From contig CM119270.1 in the NCBI GenBank assembly GCA_051294375.1, positions 10,560,766-10,624,765 on the forward strand: DNA of 64,000 nucleotides, given 5' to 3'. Source of the stretch: Paraspadella gotoi (taxonomy: Eukaryota > Animalia > Chaetognatha). Below are positions 1 to 10,269 of this stretch, piece after piece. How positions within the stretch are numbered: the first letter of the stretch is position 1; every line of letters begins with the position of its first letter. Both the position numbers and the translations under genes were made by a program. The notes beneath the pieces were generated by a model. That model was given only the letters and a program-made list of their open reading frames with translations. It made no database searches and was not told the DNA's origin.

Positions 1-294
1 CTATCTGAATCTAGGTTTAAAATTTAAAAATTCTCCAAAATATTTTGGCCTTTCCTATCTATAAATAAATATTAAAAAAATAATTATTTTGTCCATTGAA
101 AGTATACGTAAAACTATAAATTTTTGTTTTAGCATGTACTCATTCAAAATGTTTGACTCACCCCTACCACAATGCCTTTATTTGTTCGGCGGTTCGTAGT
201 AAAATGAGTATAAAACGAGAAAAAGTAACTAAAACTAAAAATGAGTTATGTGACGATGTATAAGAAATTTCTCCTTTCAAACTTTCTCCTTTTT

Positions 295-815
295 CCCATC
301 CCCATTCCCATCCCCGTCCCCTAATCTCTTCCCCATTCGATCCCCGTCCCCTAATCCCTTTCCCAACTCCATCCCCCTTTCCCCTAATCCCTTCCCCATT
401 CCCCGTTCCCCGCCCCTAATCCCTTCCCACTTCCATCCCGTCCCCTATCCCTTCCCATTCCCATCCCTGTTCCCCTAATCTTTCCCCATTCCCATCCCCA
501 TTCCCCTAATCCCTTACCCATTCCCGATCCCCATCCCGTCCCTAATCCCTTCCCCATTCCCTATCCCCGTCCCCTAATCCCTTACCCATTCCCATCCCCG
601 TCCCCTAATCCCTTCGCCATTCCCATTCCCCCTCGTCCCCTCGAATCCCTTTCCCACATCCCCATCCCATCCCCGTCCCCTATATCCCTCCCCATTCCCC
701 ATCCCCTCCCCTAATCTCCTAATTCCCCTTTTCCCCGTTCTCCCATCCCCGTCCCTTAATCCCTTCCCCATTCCCATCCCCCGTCCCCTAATCCCTTATC
801 CCATCCCCGTCCCCT
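295..815 (+). repeat. ~31-bp C-rich minisatellite (cccattcccatccccgtcccctaatcccttc)
   Basis: Directly visible tandem units, each containing CCCTAA. Confidence 0.95.
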
Positions 816-1636
816 TAATTCCTTCCCCAGTTCCACCGAACCGGAACCGAAAGCCACGCCCCCTCCTCAGTCCAAGTCCCGGGTCCGCCGCTGGACGGAG
901 TGGGTCTCGAAGAAGCTCGAATTTCGCGAGGATTCCGTGGACGAACCTCCGCAGAAGAAGAAGGATCCCGACCCGCCCAAGTTTATTGCTTACGAACAGA
1001 ACGGTTCGATTGAGAAAGGGGGGAAAATAAGGGGGCAGTAACGAGATAGAAGTGTCGTCGGGCATTGCGACAAGTTTTACCTGCCAATAACCTTGAATTT
1101 GTGACCAGTTGGTTCAGGGGTAAAAACAAGTGTCAAAAGTCAAAAGGGAGAACTTGTAGCAATGCCTGCCTACGTACAGAGGCTTCGTGACGAATAGAGA
1201 CGGACGTATTGACGGAGAGCTCTTTCTTTTCTCAAAAAACTAGTTTTAAAATGTTTGACATTAATTTTTAAAAGTATTCCCGTAGGAGATTGAAAAATGT
1301 GATGCTATTTTGATGAATGAACAAAAATTCTAAATTTAACTTTTATTAAATTGTAAAATTGTACTCAAAAAATTATTTTTTAAAAAAATATAAGAAATTT
1401 TGCAATTTACCAGTAGGCTATATTTTAAATAGTTTTAACCTTATAAAGTTAAAATTTTAAAATAGTTTTAAATTTTTAAATTTTTAAATTTTAACCTACT
1501 AATGAAATTATTTTTCAAAATGATTTATATTTTCTTTTATCACTTTTGACAAGTAATTCAATATGCTATCAAAATTAAGAAAGCTTATTTTGAAATTTTA
1601 GGTATTTTATAAGGATTGTGTAAAGGTATATAAATA

Positions 1637-1917
1637 TGTAGTCGGGCATTGCCTAGGTTCACCCCGCCTATAAGCATGACACCTTCAGTCCTGACCCGGT
1701 GGCTCATTGAGTAAGCCATCAGCTCATGACCACTAGGTACCGGGTTCATCCCCAACCTGGTACCTACCCTGGCGAGAAGCGTGAGGACGGCCGTAAGCCG
1801 CCTTGGGGGCGTGGCAACCCCTCAAGCCTGGTCCAAGCCCAGGACCGTTCCTGGCTACTAAAGGGGTTATAGAAGTTACGTATAGTTATCTTCAGCCCAC
1901 TTAGCGCCTTATCCACA
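1637..1917 (+). mobile_element. Family A element copy within the duplicated block
   Basis: Same sequence and same AATA duplication as 7977-8261, with small indels. It is the same insertion event, not an independent one. Confidence 0.8.
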
Positions 1918-2100
1918 AATATAGCCTATTGCATAATTGTTTATAAAATAATTTTTTTTACAAATTAGTATTCACTGGTGGAATGTCATTATAATTGAAT
2001 TTAGAATTTTATACATTATGTATATACTCTCTTTTCGTTCTTTTTGAAGTATTAGGAGAAAACAGTTTTGGTTTGACAACGATTTTTTTTGGACATAATT

Positions 2101-2147
2101 AGCCAGACATGTTTCGGCTTCATTCAGTTAGAGCCTTCATCAGTGCT
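2101..2147 (-). ncRNA. Minimal hammerhead, copy at the palindrome centre
   Basis: Same motif as 8449-8494 with one extra base in stem II. Confidence 0.7.
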
Positions 2148-2363
2148 TTGACATGAGCCGAAACATGTCTGGCTAATTATGTCAAAAAAAATCGTTGTCA
2201 AACCAGAAACTGTTTTTCTCCTAAATACTAAAAAGAACGAAAAGAGAGTAATATCATAATGTATAAAAATTTAAAATGTCAATTATAAATGAGCATTCCA
2301 CCAGTGAATACTAATTTGTAAAAAAAATATTTTATAAACAATTATCGCAATAAAGGCTATATT

Positions 2364-2640
2364 TGTGGAAGGCGCTAGTGGCTGAAGATAACTATACGTA
2401 ACTTCTAATAACCCCTTTAGTAGCCATGGAACGGGTCCTGGGCTTGGATACGCAGGCCTTGAGGGTTGCCATCGCCCCAAGGCGGCTACGGCCGTCCTCA
2501 CGCTTCTCGCAGGGTAGGTACCAGGTTGGGATTGAACCCGGTACCTAGTGGTCATGAGCTGATGGCTTACTCAATGAGCACCGGGTCAGGACTGAAGTGT
2601 CATGCTTATAGGCGGGGTGAACCTAGGCAAGCCCGACACA
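2364..2640 (-). mobile_element. Family A element, inverted copy in the fold-back arm
   Basis: Reverse complement of 1637-1917. Confidence 0.8.
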
Positions 2641-3434
2641 ATTTATATACTCTTTACACATCCTTATAAATACTGAAATTTCAAAATAAGCTTTTTTTAA
2701 TTTTGATAGCATATTTGAAATTACTTCAAAGTTGATAAAAGAATATAAATCTTTTGAAAAATATTTCATTAAGTAGGTTAAAATTTAAAAAATTAAAATT
2801 TTAAAACTATTTTAAAATTTTAACCTTTATAAGGTTAAACCTATTTATAAATATAGCCTACTGCGTAAATTGCAAAATTTCTTAATTTTTTTAAAAAGAT
2901 AATTTTTTTTTGAAGTACAATTTTAAATTTTAATAAAAGTAAATTTAGAATTGTTCATGTTCAAAATAGCATCACATTTTCAATCTCCTAGCGGGAATAC
3001 TGTTTAAAAATTCAATGTCAATTTAACTATTTTTTGAGAAAAGAAAGAGTCTCTCCGTCAATACGTCCGTCTCTATTCGTCACGAGCCTCTTACGTAGGC
3101 AGGACATTGCCTACACAGTTCTCCCTTTGACTTTTGACAACATTGTTTACTCAATGAACCAACTGGTCACAATTTCAAGGTTATTGGCGGTAAAAACTTG
3201 TCGGAATGCCGACGTTCACTTCTTCTCGTTACTGCCCCCTTATTTTCCCCCCTTTCTCAATCGAACCGTTCTGTCGTAAGCAATGAACTTGGGCGGGTCG
3301 GATCCTTCTTCTTCTGCGGAGGTTGTCCCACGAATCCTCGCGAAATTCGAGCTTCTTGAGACCCACTCCGTCGCAGCGGCGGACCCGGGACTTGGACTGA
3401 GGAGGGGGCGGTGGCTTTCGGGTTCCGGTTCGGG

Positions 3435-3935
3435 TGGGAATGGGAAGGAATTAAGGGGACGGGGATGGGAAAGGGATTGGGGAACGGGGATGGGAATGGG
3501 GAAGGGATTTAGGGGACGGGGAATGGGAATGGGGAAGGGAATAGGGGACGGGATGGAATGGGGAAGGGATTAGGGACGGGATGGAATGGGGTAAGGGATT
3601 AGGGGACGGGGTGGGAAATGGGATCTAGGGGACCGGGATGGGAATGGGAAGGGAATTAGGGGACGGGAAGGGAATGGGGAAGGAATTAGGGAACGGGGAT
3701 TGGGATGGGAATGGGGTAAGGGATAGGGAATGGGATGGGAATGGGAGAAATGATTAGGGGACAGGGATGGGAATGGGGAAGGGATTAGGGGACGGGGATG
3801 GGAAATGGGAAGGGATTAGGGGACGGGGATGGGAATGGGGAAGGGATTAGGGGAACGGGGATGGAGTGGGGAAGGGATTAGGGACGGGGTGCGAATGGAA
3901 GAGATTAGGGACGGGGATGGGAATGGGGATGGGAA
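3435..3935 (-). repeat. Inverted copy of the ~31-bp minisatellite
   Basis: gggaagggattaggggacggggatgggaatgg units. Confidence 0.95.
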
Positions 3936-4617
3936 AAAGGAGAAAGTTTGAAAGGAGAAAATTTTTATCATCGCACATAACTCATCTTTTATTTGTAGTT
4001 AACTTTTTTCTCGTTTTATACTCATTTTTTACTACGAAACGCGCCGAACAAATAAAGGCATTGTGGTAGGGGTGAGTCAAACCATTTTGAATGAGTACGA
4101 TGCTAAAACAAAACAATTTATGATTTTTTACGTATACTTTCAATGGACAAATAATTTATTTTTTTTAATATTTATTTATAGATAGGAAAGGCCAAAATAT
4201 TTTTGGAGATTTTTTAAATTTTAAAACGCTAGATTCAGATAGCTAATAAAAAATTGTCTCAACAAAGTATATTTCTTTTTAAATAGTTTTTTTATGTAAA
4301 TCAAAAATAAGAAAAACTACAGTTTTGATGATTTTATCATTTTTTTAATATTTTCACTTAGAAAAGGTAGGAATTAAAAAAGCTGTTATTATATTTTTGG
4401 TTTGACTTTTTAATGCTCTAGTCAGAAACCCATCAAAAAAGATTAAAATAAAATTATAATGCGAAAAAAGATAACTAAACAATTGTGGACGCACAAAGTT
4501 TTTCAGCGTAAGAATGGATTTATTCCACAACGTATAATACAATAACAGTTCAAAATGCTTCAGATGCTAAGTCTATACAAAGTCAAACCGTTTGACCATA
4601 AAGATCAACCGTTTGAC

Positions 4618-5820
4618 TAGTGTTTCGTTAACCGTTAACTGTTAAGTTATTACGGTTAAAAATAATTTTAACTTACGTTAATATATTCATTTTAACGGTT
4701 AAATTCGGTTAATTTTCAAATGTGATTTTTTTTTCATTTTTTGTATGAAATCTTTAAATTAAAAAAAAAAACTATTTTTTTTTCTGTTCTCTCTATTCTT
4801 CCTGCTCCCCTCTACCAATATTTTTTACCCTCTCTCCTTTCCAATTTTTTCCCTGCCTTATTTTCCTTGTTTTTTCTCCTTTTTTTTCTATCCTCATCTC
4901 TCCTTATTCTTTCTTCCCCTTTATTTTCTCCTCCTGTCTTCTTTCTTTCTTCACTTTCCCCTTTTTCTTTCCCCCCCTTTCTTTTTCCTCCTTTTTTTAG
5001 CCCTTTGCTTTACCCTTTTCTTTTTTTTGCCTTTCATGCAATATATATATTCATTGTAGCTAAAAAATAAATAATCCCTCTATTTTACTTTTTCTTCTTT
5101 TTTCTTTTGCCTCTTTAAAAATTAACCAAAGAAGCAAATGAAACTAAAACCGAATGAAATGAAAAATATGAATAAAACCAAATAAAAAATCTTTAAAAAA
5201 TTTACAAATTTATAATAGAAGGAACGAATCTTAAAAAGACATATAAAAAATAATAATGATGATAGTACTTTTAATTAAATGAAATATATTTATTATCAAT
5301 AAATAATTTTTGATCAGTCGATAAATCAACACAGTTCAATAAATTAAAAATTCATATTTATATTTATGGTCAATGACCATCTGCATGGTCATAGTTTATG
5401 AAGACTAACACGAAACAAGCGGTTTAAGAAACTACAAAATAATTGGGGAATAGAAGAAGTAGAGAAAGAAAAAGAGAAGCAAAGAGAGAAAGAGAAAACA
5501 AAATATAGAATTAGAATTTGATGGTATCCTTCGTTTTCGTTGTGTTATGAGACTTAGCAAAATATTTGTTTTGTTACAACAACAATTTTATTTGACATAA
5601 AATAGAACATGTTTCGACTCTGTTTCAAGTCTTTATCAGCGCATTCAAGAGCCAGAGTTAAAGAGAAATACCATAATCCTTATTTTGTTTTAAATCTTAA
5701 TATTTTAAATTTAAAAGTTGAATAAATTAAAATTAACGGCGATCTTACGGTTAACCGTTAAAAATGTTAGTTTTAACGGTTAAGCGAAATTTCCTAAAAA
5801 ATTAACGTTATCGGACTCTA
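4618..5820. mobile_element. Non-autonomous hAT-like DNA transposon
   Basis: TAG...CTA ends. Imperfect TIR tagtgtttcgttaaccgttaa versus reverse complement tagagtccgataacgttaa. Subterminal ttaacggttaa motifs at both ends. Approximate 8-bp duplication cgtttgac / gttttgac (6 of 8 match). Confidence 0.55.
5603..5643 (-). ncRNA. Degenerate minimal hammerhead
   Basis: gcg-CTGATAA-a-gact(tgaaacag)agtc-GAAA-catgtt. Core G8 changed to A and stem I broken. Confidence 0.55.
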
Positions 5821-6204
5821 GTTTTGACCATAAATAAGTTGGGGGAATTGAGCGAGGTAAGGTTGTTAAGGTCATGTGGTTTGACCACCAGGTTGCGTGT
5901 TCTAGATGTTGTCGTCCACAACATTTAATATAATAATCAAGACATATAATGTAATTTTTTTTAGAAAATAAAATAAATATTAAAAAAATAATTATTTTGT
6001 CCATTGAAAGTATACGTAAAAATATAATTTTTTTTTGTTTTAGCATGTACTCATTCAAAATGTTTGACTCACCCCTACCACAATGCCTTTATTTGTTCGG
6101 CGGTTCGTAGTAAAAATGAGTATAAAACGAGAAAAAAGTAACTAAAACTAAAAATGAGTAATGTGACGATGTATAAAAATTTCTCCTTTCAAACTTTCTC
6201 CTTT

Positions 6205-7145
6205 TTCCCATCCCCATTCCCATCCCCGTCCCTAATCCTTCCCCATTCCCATCCTGTCCCCTAATCTCTTCCCCATTCCCATCCCGTCCCCTAATCCCTT
6301 CCCCATTCCCCATCCTCCGTCCCCTAATCCTTTCCCCATTCCCATCCCATCCCTAATCCTTCCCATTCCCATCCCCGTCCCCTAATCCCTTCCCATTCCC
6401 ATCCCCGTCCCCTAATCCCTTCCCCCATTCCACCCCTGTCCCCTAATCCCTTCCCCATTTCCATCCCCGATCCCTAATCCTTTCCCCATTCCCATCCCTG
6501 TCCCCTAATCCTTTCCCCATTCCCATCCCCTAATCCCTTCCCCATTCCCATCCCCGTCCCCTAATCCCTTACCCATTCCATCCCCGTCCCTAATCCCTTA
6601 CCCATTCCCATCCCCGTCCCTAATCCCTTCCCATTCCCATCCCCGTCCCCTAATCCCTTCCCATTCCCATCCCCGTCCCTAATCCCTTCCATTCCATCCC
6701 CGTCCCTAATCCCTTCCCATTCCCATCCCCGTCCCCTAATCCCTTCCCATTCCCATCCCCGTCCCCTAATCCCTTCCCATTCCCATCCCCGTCCCCTAAT
6801 CCCTTCCCCATTCCCATCCCTTCCCCTAATCCTCCCATTCATCCCTCCCTATCCCTATCCCCATTCCCATCCCTATCCCTTCCCATCCTACCCTCCCCTA
6901 ATCCCTTCCCCATTCCATCCGATCCCCTAATCCCTTCCCCATTCCCACCCGTCCCCTAATCCCTTCCCATTCCCATCCCGTCCCCTAATCCCTTCCCATT
7001 TCCCACACCCTGTCCCTAATCCCTTCCCCATTCCCATCCCCGTCCCCTAATCCCTTCCCCATTCCCATCCCCTAATCCTTCCCCATTCCCATCCCCTAAT
7101 CCTTTCATTCATCCCATCCATCCCTTTCCCATCCCCGTCCCCTTA
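6205..7145 (+). repeat. ~31-bp C-rich minisatellite, ~0.94 kb array
   Basis: Directly visible tandem units. The array lies just upstream of the splice acceptor at 7157. Confidence 0.95.
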
Positions 7146-7157
7146 ATTCCTTCCCAG

Positions 7158-7369
7158 TTCCACCCGAACCGGAACCGAAAGCCACGCCCCCTCCGCAGTC
7201 CAAGTCCCGGGTCCGCCGCTGGACGGAGTGGGTCTCGAAGAAGCTCGAATTTCGCGAGGATTCGTGGGACGAACCTCCGCAGAAGAAGAAGGATCCCGAC
7301 CCGCCCAAGTTCATTGCTTACGAACAGAACGGTTCGATTGAGAAAGGGGGGAAAATAAGGGGGCAGTAA
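7158..7369 (+). CDS. Orphan terminal coding exon of an unknown protein (PPEPEPKATPPPQSKSRVRRWTEWVSKKLEFREDSWDEPPQKKKDPDPPKFIAYEQNGSIEKGGKIRGQ*)
   Basis: Preceded by ttaat plus pyrimidine tract plus CAG. Phase-1 open frame with GC-rich codons to TAA at 7367-7369. Frameshifted copies at ~831-1040 (+) and ~3230-3440 (-). Confidence 0.55.
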
Positions 7370-7976
7370 CGAGATAGAAGTGTCGTCGGGCATTGCGACA
7401 AGTTTTACCCGCCAATAACCTTGAAATTTGTGACCAGTTGGTTCATTGAGTAAAACAAGTTGTCAAAAGTCAAAAGGGAGAACTTGTAGCAATGCCTGCC
7501 TACGTACAGAGGCTTCGTGACGAATAGAGACGGACGTATTGACGGAGAGACTCTTTCTTTTCTCAAAAAATAGTTTTAAAATGTTTGACATTAATTTTTA
7601 AAAGTATTCCCGTAGGAGATTGAAAAATGTGATGCTATTTTGAACATGAACAAAAATTCTAAATTTAACTTTTATTAAAATTGTAAAATTGTACTCAAAA
7701 AAATTATTTTTTAAAAAAATATAAGAAATTTTGCAATTTACGCAGTAGGCTATATTTATAAATAGTTTTAACCTTATAAAGGTTAAAATTTTAAAATAGT
7801 TTTAAAATTTTTAAATTTTTAAATTTTTAACCTACTTAATGAAATTATTTTTCAAAATGATTTATATTTTCTTTTATCAACTTTTGACAAGTAATTCAAA
7901 TATGCTATCAAAATTAAGAAAAGCTTATTTTGAAATTTTAGTATTTTATAAGGATTGTGTAAAGAGTATATAAATA

Positions 7977-8261
7977 TGTAGTCGGGCATTGCCTAGGTTC
8001 ACCCCGCCTATAAGCATGACACCTTCAGTCCTGACCCGGTGGCTCATTGAGTAAAGCCATCAGCTCATGACCACTAGGTACCGGGTTCAATCCCAACCTG
8101 GTACCTACCCTGCGGGAAGCGTGAGGACGGCCGTAAGCCGCCTTGGGGGCGTGGCAACCCCTCAAGCCTGGTTCCAAGCCCAGGACCCGTTCCATGGCTA
8201 CTAAAGGGGGTTATAGAAGTTACGTATAGTTATCTTCAGCCCACTTAGCGCCTTATCCACA
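7977..8261 (+). mobile_element. Family A mini-element (solo-LTR-like): tRNA-like Pol III head plus P5 twister ribozyme
   Basis: Ends TGTAGT...TCCACA with AATA duplicated at 7973-7976 and 8262-8265. A box TGGCTCATTGAG at 8040, B box GGTTCAATCCC at 8084. Twister at 8113-8189. Confidence 0.85.
8113..8189 (+). ncRNA. Twister ribozyme, type P5 permutation
   Basis: P5 cggg; P2b gcgt; GAGGA; P1 cggccg; TAA (predicted cleavage 8134/8135); P2a gcc; GC; P3 cttggggg/ccctcaag; P4 cctgg/ccagg around L4 TTCCAAGC; P5 cccg. Pseudoknots TCC:GGA and GC:GC both pair. Confidence 0.85.
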
Positions 8262-8448
8262 AATATAGCCTATTGCGATAATTGTTTATAAAATAATTTT
8301 TTTTACAAATTAGTATTCACTGGTGGAATGTCATTTATAATTGACATTTAGAATTTTTATACATTATGTATATACTCTCTTTTCGTTCTTTTTGAAGTAT
8401 TAGGAGAAAAACAGTTTTGGTTTGACAACGATTTTTTTTGACATAATT

Positions 8449-8494
8449 AGCCAGACATGTTTCGGCTCATTCAGTTAGAGCCTTCATCAGTGCT
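8449..8494 (-). ncRNA. Minimal type I hammerhead ribozyme (Penelope-like element type)
   Basis: Minus strand agca-CTGATGA-a-ggctc(taactgaat)gagcc-GAAA-cat-GTC-tggct. Palindromic ACATGT stem III; weak stem I. Confidence 0.8.
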
Positions 8495-8659
8495 TTGACA
8501 TGAGCCGAAACATGTCTGGCTAATTATGTCAAAAAAAATCGTTGTCAAACCAGAACTGTTTTTCTCCTAATTTTTATACATAACTTTCGCTTCGCTCCAA
8601 CGAACAATTAGTTTAAAAGAACCGAGTAAGCGTTAACTCTCATGTTATTAAAACCCCAG

Positions 8660-9889
8660 GCACTTTCATCATGTCCCGATGCTCTTCCTCCAAGGGAGCT
8701 TTGACTCTGGTCATCGCCTGCCCACAACCCAGAGGCAGCAAATTTCATCGCGTAGTATTTCTCAGAAAAGCTTATTACGGCTGGTCACAGGTATTTGTAA
8801 AATAAAAGAACGAAAAATTCAAGTGTTCTGAATGTATCAGGCAGAAAAAAAGGAAACTGTGATGAAAGGAAAAAACAAGAGTATACTATATAGAATAGAA
8901 GTAGGAAGAAGAAAGTAATTCTGTAAATAAGGGAAAATCCTCTTAAAATACTCTTTTAAATTCATAAACCGTATTTCGCAGCACGACGCGGAGATTTGTC
9001 AATATGTGGAAGGCGATTGCACGATTCGTTACGAATTCGCCCACAAGCAGATCATGAGACCGACCACACCCCAGACCACACTGGAGTGGAAGAGTTTGGG
9101 TCCGCAATACTTTTGTAATTCCTGGGACGGAAACGGGAGACAAGAGTGGGTGAGTAATCAATTTATTAATCAAATTTAAAACAAAAAAATTAATCGATTG
9201 ATATTAATTAATTTAATTTGACCTAAATTCCTTTAAAATGACTCTTTATGTCTTGAAGGAAATGCCCCAGAAGCGTTGGTGCGCCGTTGGCCTGAAACGC
9301 TCTTCTCAAACTCCCAACTGTGAAGACGATGCAGCCAACGCTTGGGGGAATAAGTACCTCTACACCTGGGGCAGCTGCGGCGGCGCTTACGATTGGTTCG
9401 ACTATTTGCACATTGAGTATCAGGTAAAAACGAAATGGGATTTTTCTTTGGCGAAAATTGAGTAATGATTATGCACAAGTTAATTAAAAGTGCCAAAAAT
9501 CAGTCAATCAATCCATCAATCAAGCAATAAAAATTATATTAATCAATATGTAAATCAAAATATTAATCAATAAATGAATGAATGAGTGCGACGACGTGGA
9601 CGAGCCCATCGACCCCGAGGCAACTCGTCCCTATCACTACCGACCGAAGCCAGACTGCGGCAAGAAGGACACATCGTCGACGGTCGGCCCCACGTCCACC
9701 GGGATGCCCAACGCCAGTGAGCACCAAGTTGTTCTTTTCGTCGTTGTTCATCCATCTTATATGTCTCTCTCTTACAATGTTCCGACTAGAGCGTAAATCG
9801 CCAATGATAATTGCGTGTTTAACTCATTTTCCTTTTCAGCCGAAACATCTAATTCTACGATCGCAGAAGCTTCTTCTTCCGAAGATTGA
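8660..9889 (+). CDS. SUEL/galactose-rhamnose-binding-lectin-like domain protein, 3' exons (5' end not identified)
   Basis: Exons 8660-8790, 8982-9149, 9259-9423, 9587-9716 and 9840-9889 splice in compatible phases. Product has IACP...VVFLRKAYYG...CQYVEGDCT...YLHIEYQC, a SUEL-like pattern, followed by an S/T-rich tail. The acceptor at 9586 is weak. Confidence 0.6.
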
Positions 9890-10230
9890 AACCGTTTTAA
9901 ATTACTGCGAGTATTTTCCGTATATTTTCTTTATTAAAATGATTATCATAGATTTTCACTGCATGCGTAGCCGCAGTAGTATTTAAATTATTTTTTTTTA
10001 ACATGTACTGGTTCATAGAGAGATACTGGCAAAAATAAGAATTTTAGCTTGGATATAAATAAATTTTGTAAACATCTAGTATTTAAAAAACTAATTCTGA
10101 AAATTTTTAGACATTGTATTATTTCTTTCAATTCGTTGCGTTTGATTTATAAACATAAACATTTATAAACCACTTTATTGGTTAACAACATCGACAATGT
10201 TTTTACATGAAAACGAATAAAATTCGATTC

Positions 10231-10269
10231 GCGCTGATGAAGACTAGCAATTAGTCGAAACATGTCCGT
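10231..10269 (+). ncRNA. Intact minimal type I hammerhead ribozyme
   Basis: gcg-CTGATGA-a-gacta(gcaat)tagtc-GAAA-cat-GTC-cgt. All core bases present, stems I and II pair, palindromic stem III. Confidence 0.85.

Larger units (their letters stand above)
1..4242. repeat. 2.1 kb-arm palindrome (fold-back), arms ~1-2123 and ~2153-4242
   Basis: The window start ctatctgaatctag is reverse-complemented at 4229-4242. Satellite, exon and twister element all reappear inverted. The centre loop (2124-2152) is identical to the loop of the short hairpin at 8399-8571. The arms carry many single-base indels relative to the third copy. Confidence 0.95.
5970..8571 (+). repeat. Third (cleanest) copy of the ~2.1-2.6 kb block at 63-2230
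   Basis: Collinear with 63-2230 from aaataaatattaaaaaaataattatt through the hammerhead hairpin. It has a different upstream flank and a longer satellite. Confidence 0.95.

Noticed and set aside
6205-7145. CRISPR array or true telomere tract
   Set aside because: There are no unique spacers, and TTAGGG occurs once per 31-bp unit rather than in tandem. The context is eukaryotic.
8033-8105. Functional tRNA-Met gene
   Set aside because: The acceptor and anticodon stems pair poorly, there is no T-run terminator, and it is embedded in an insertion with a target duplication.
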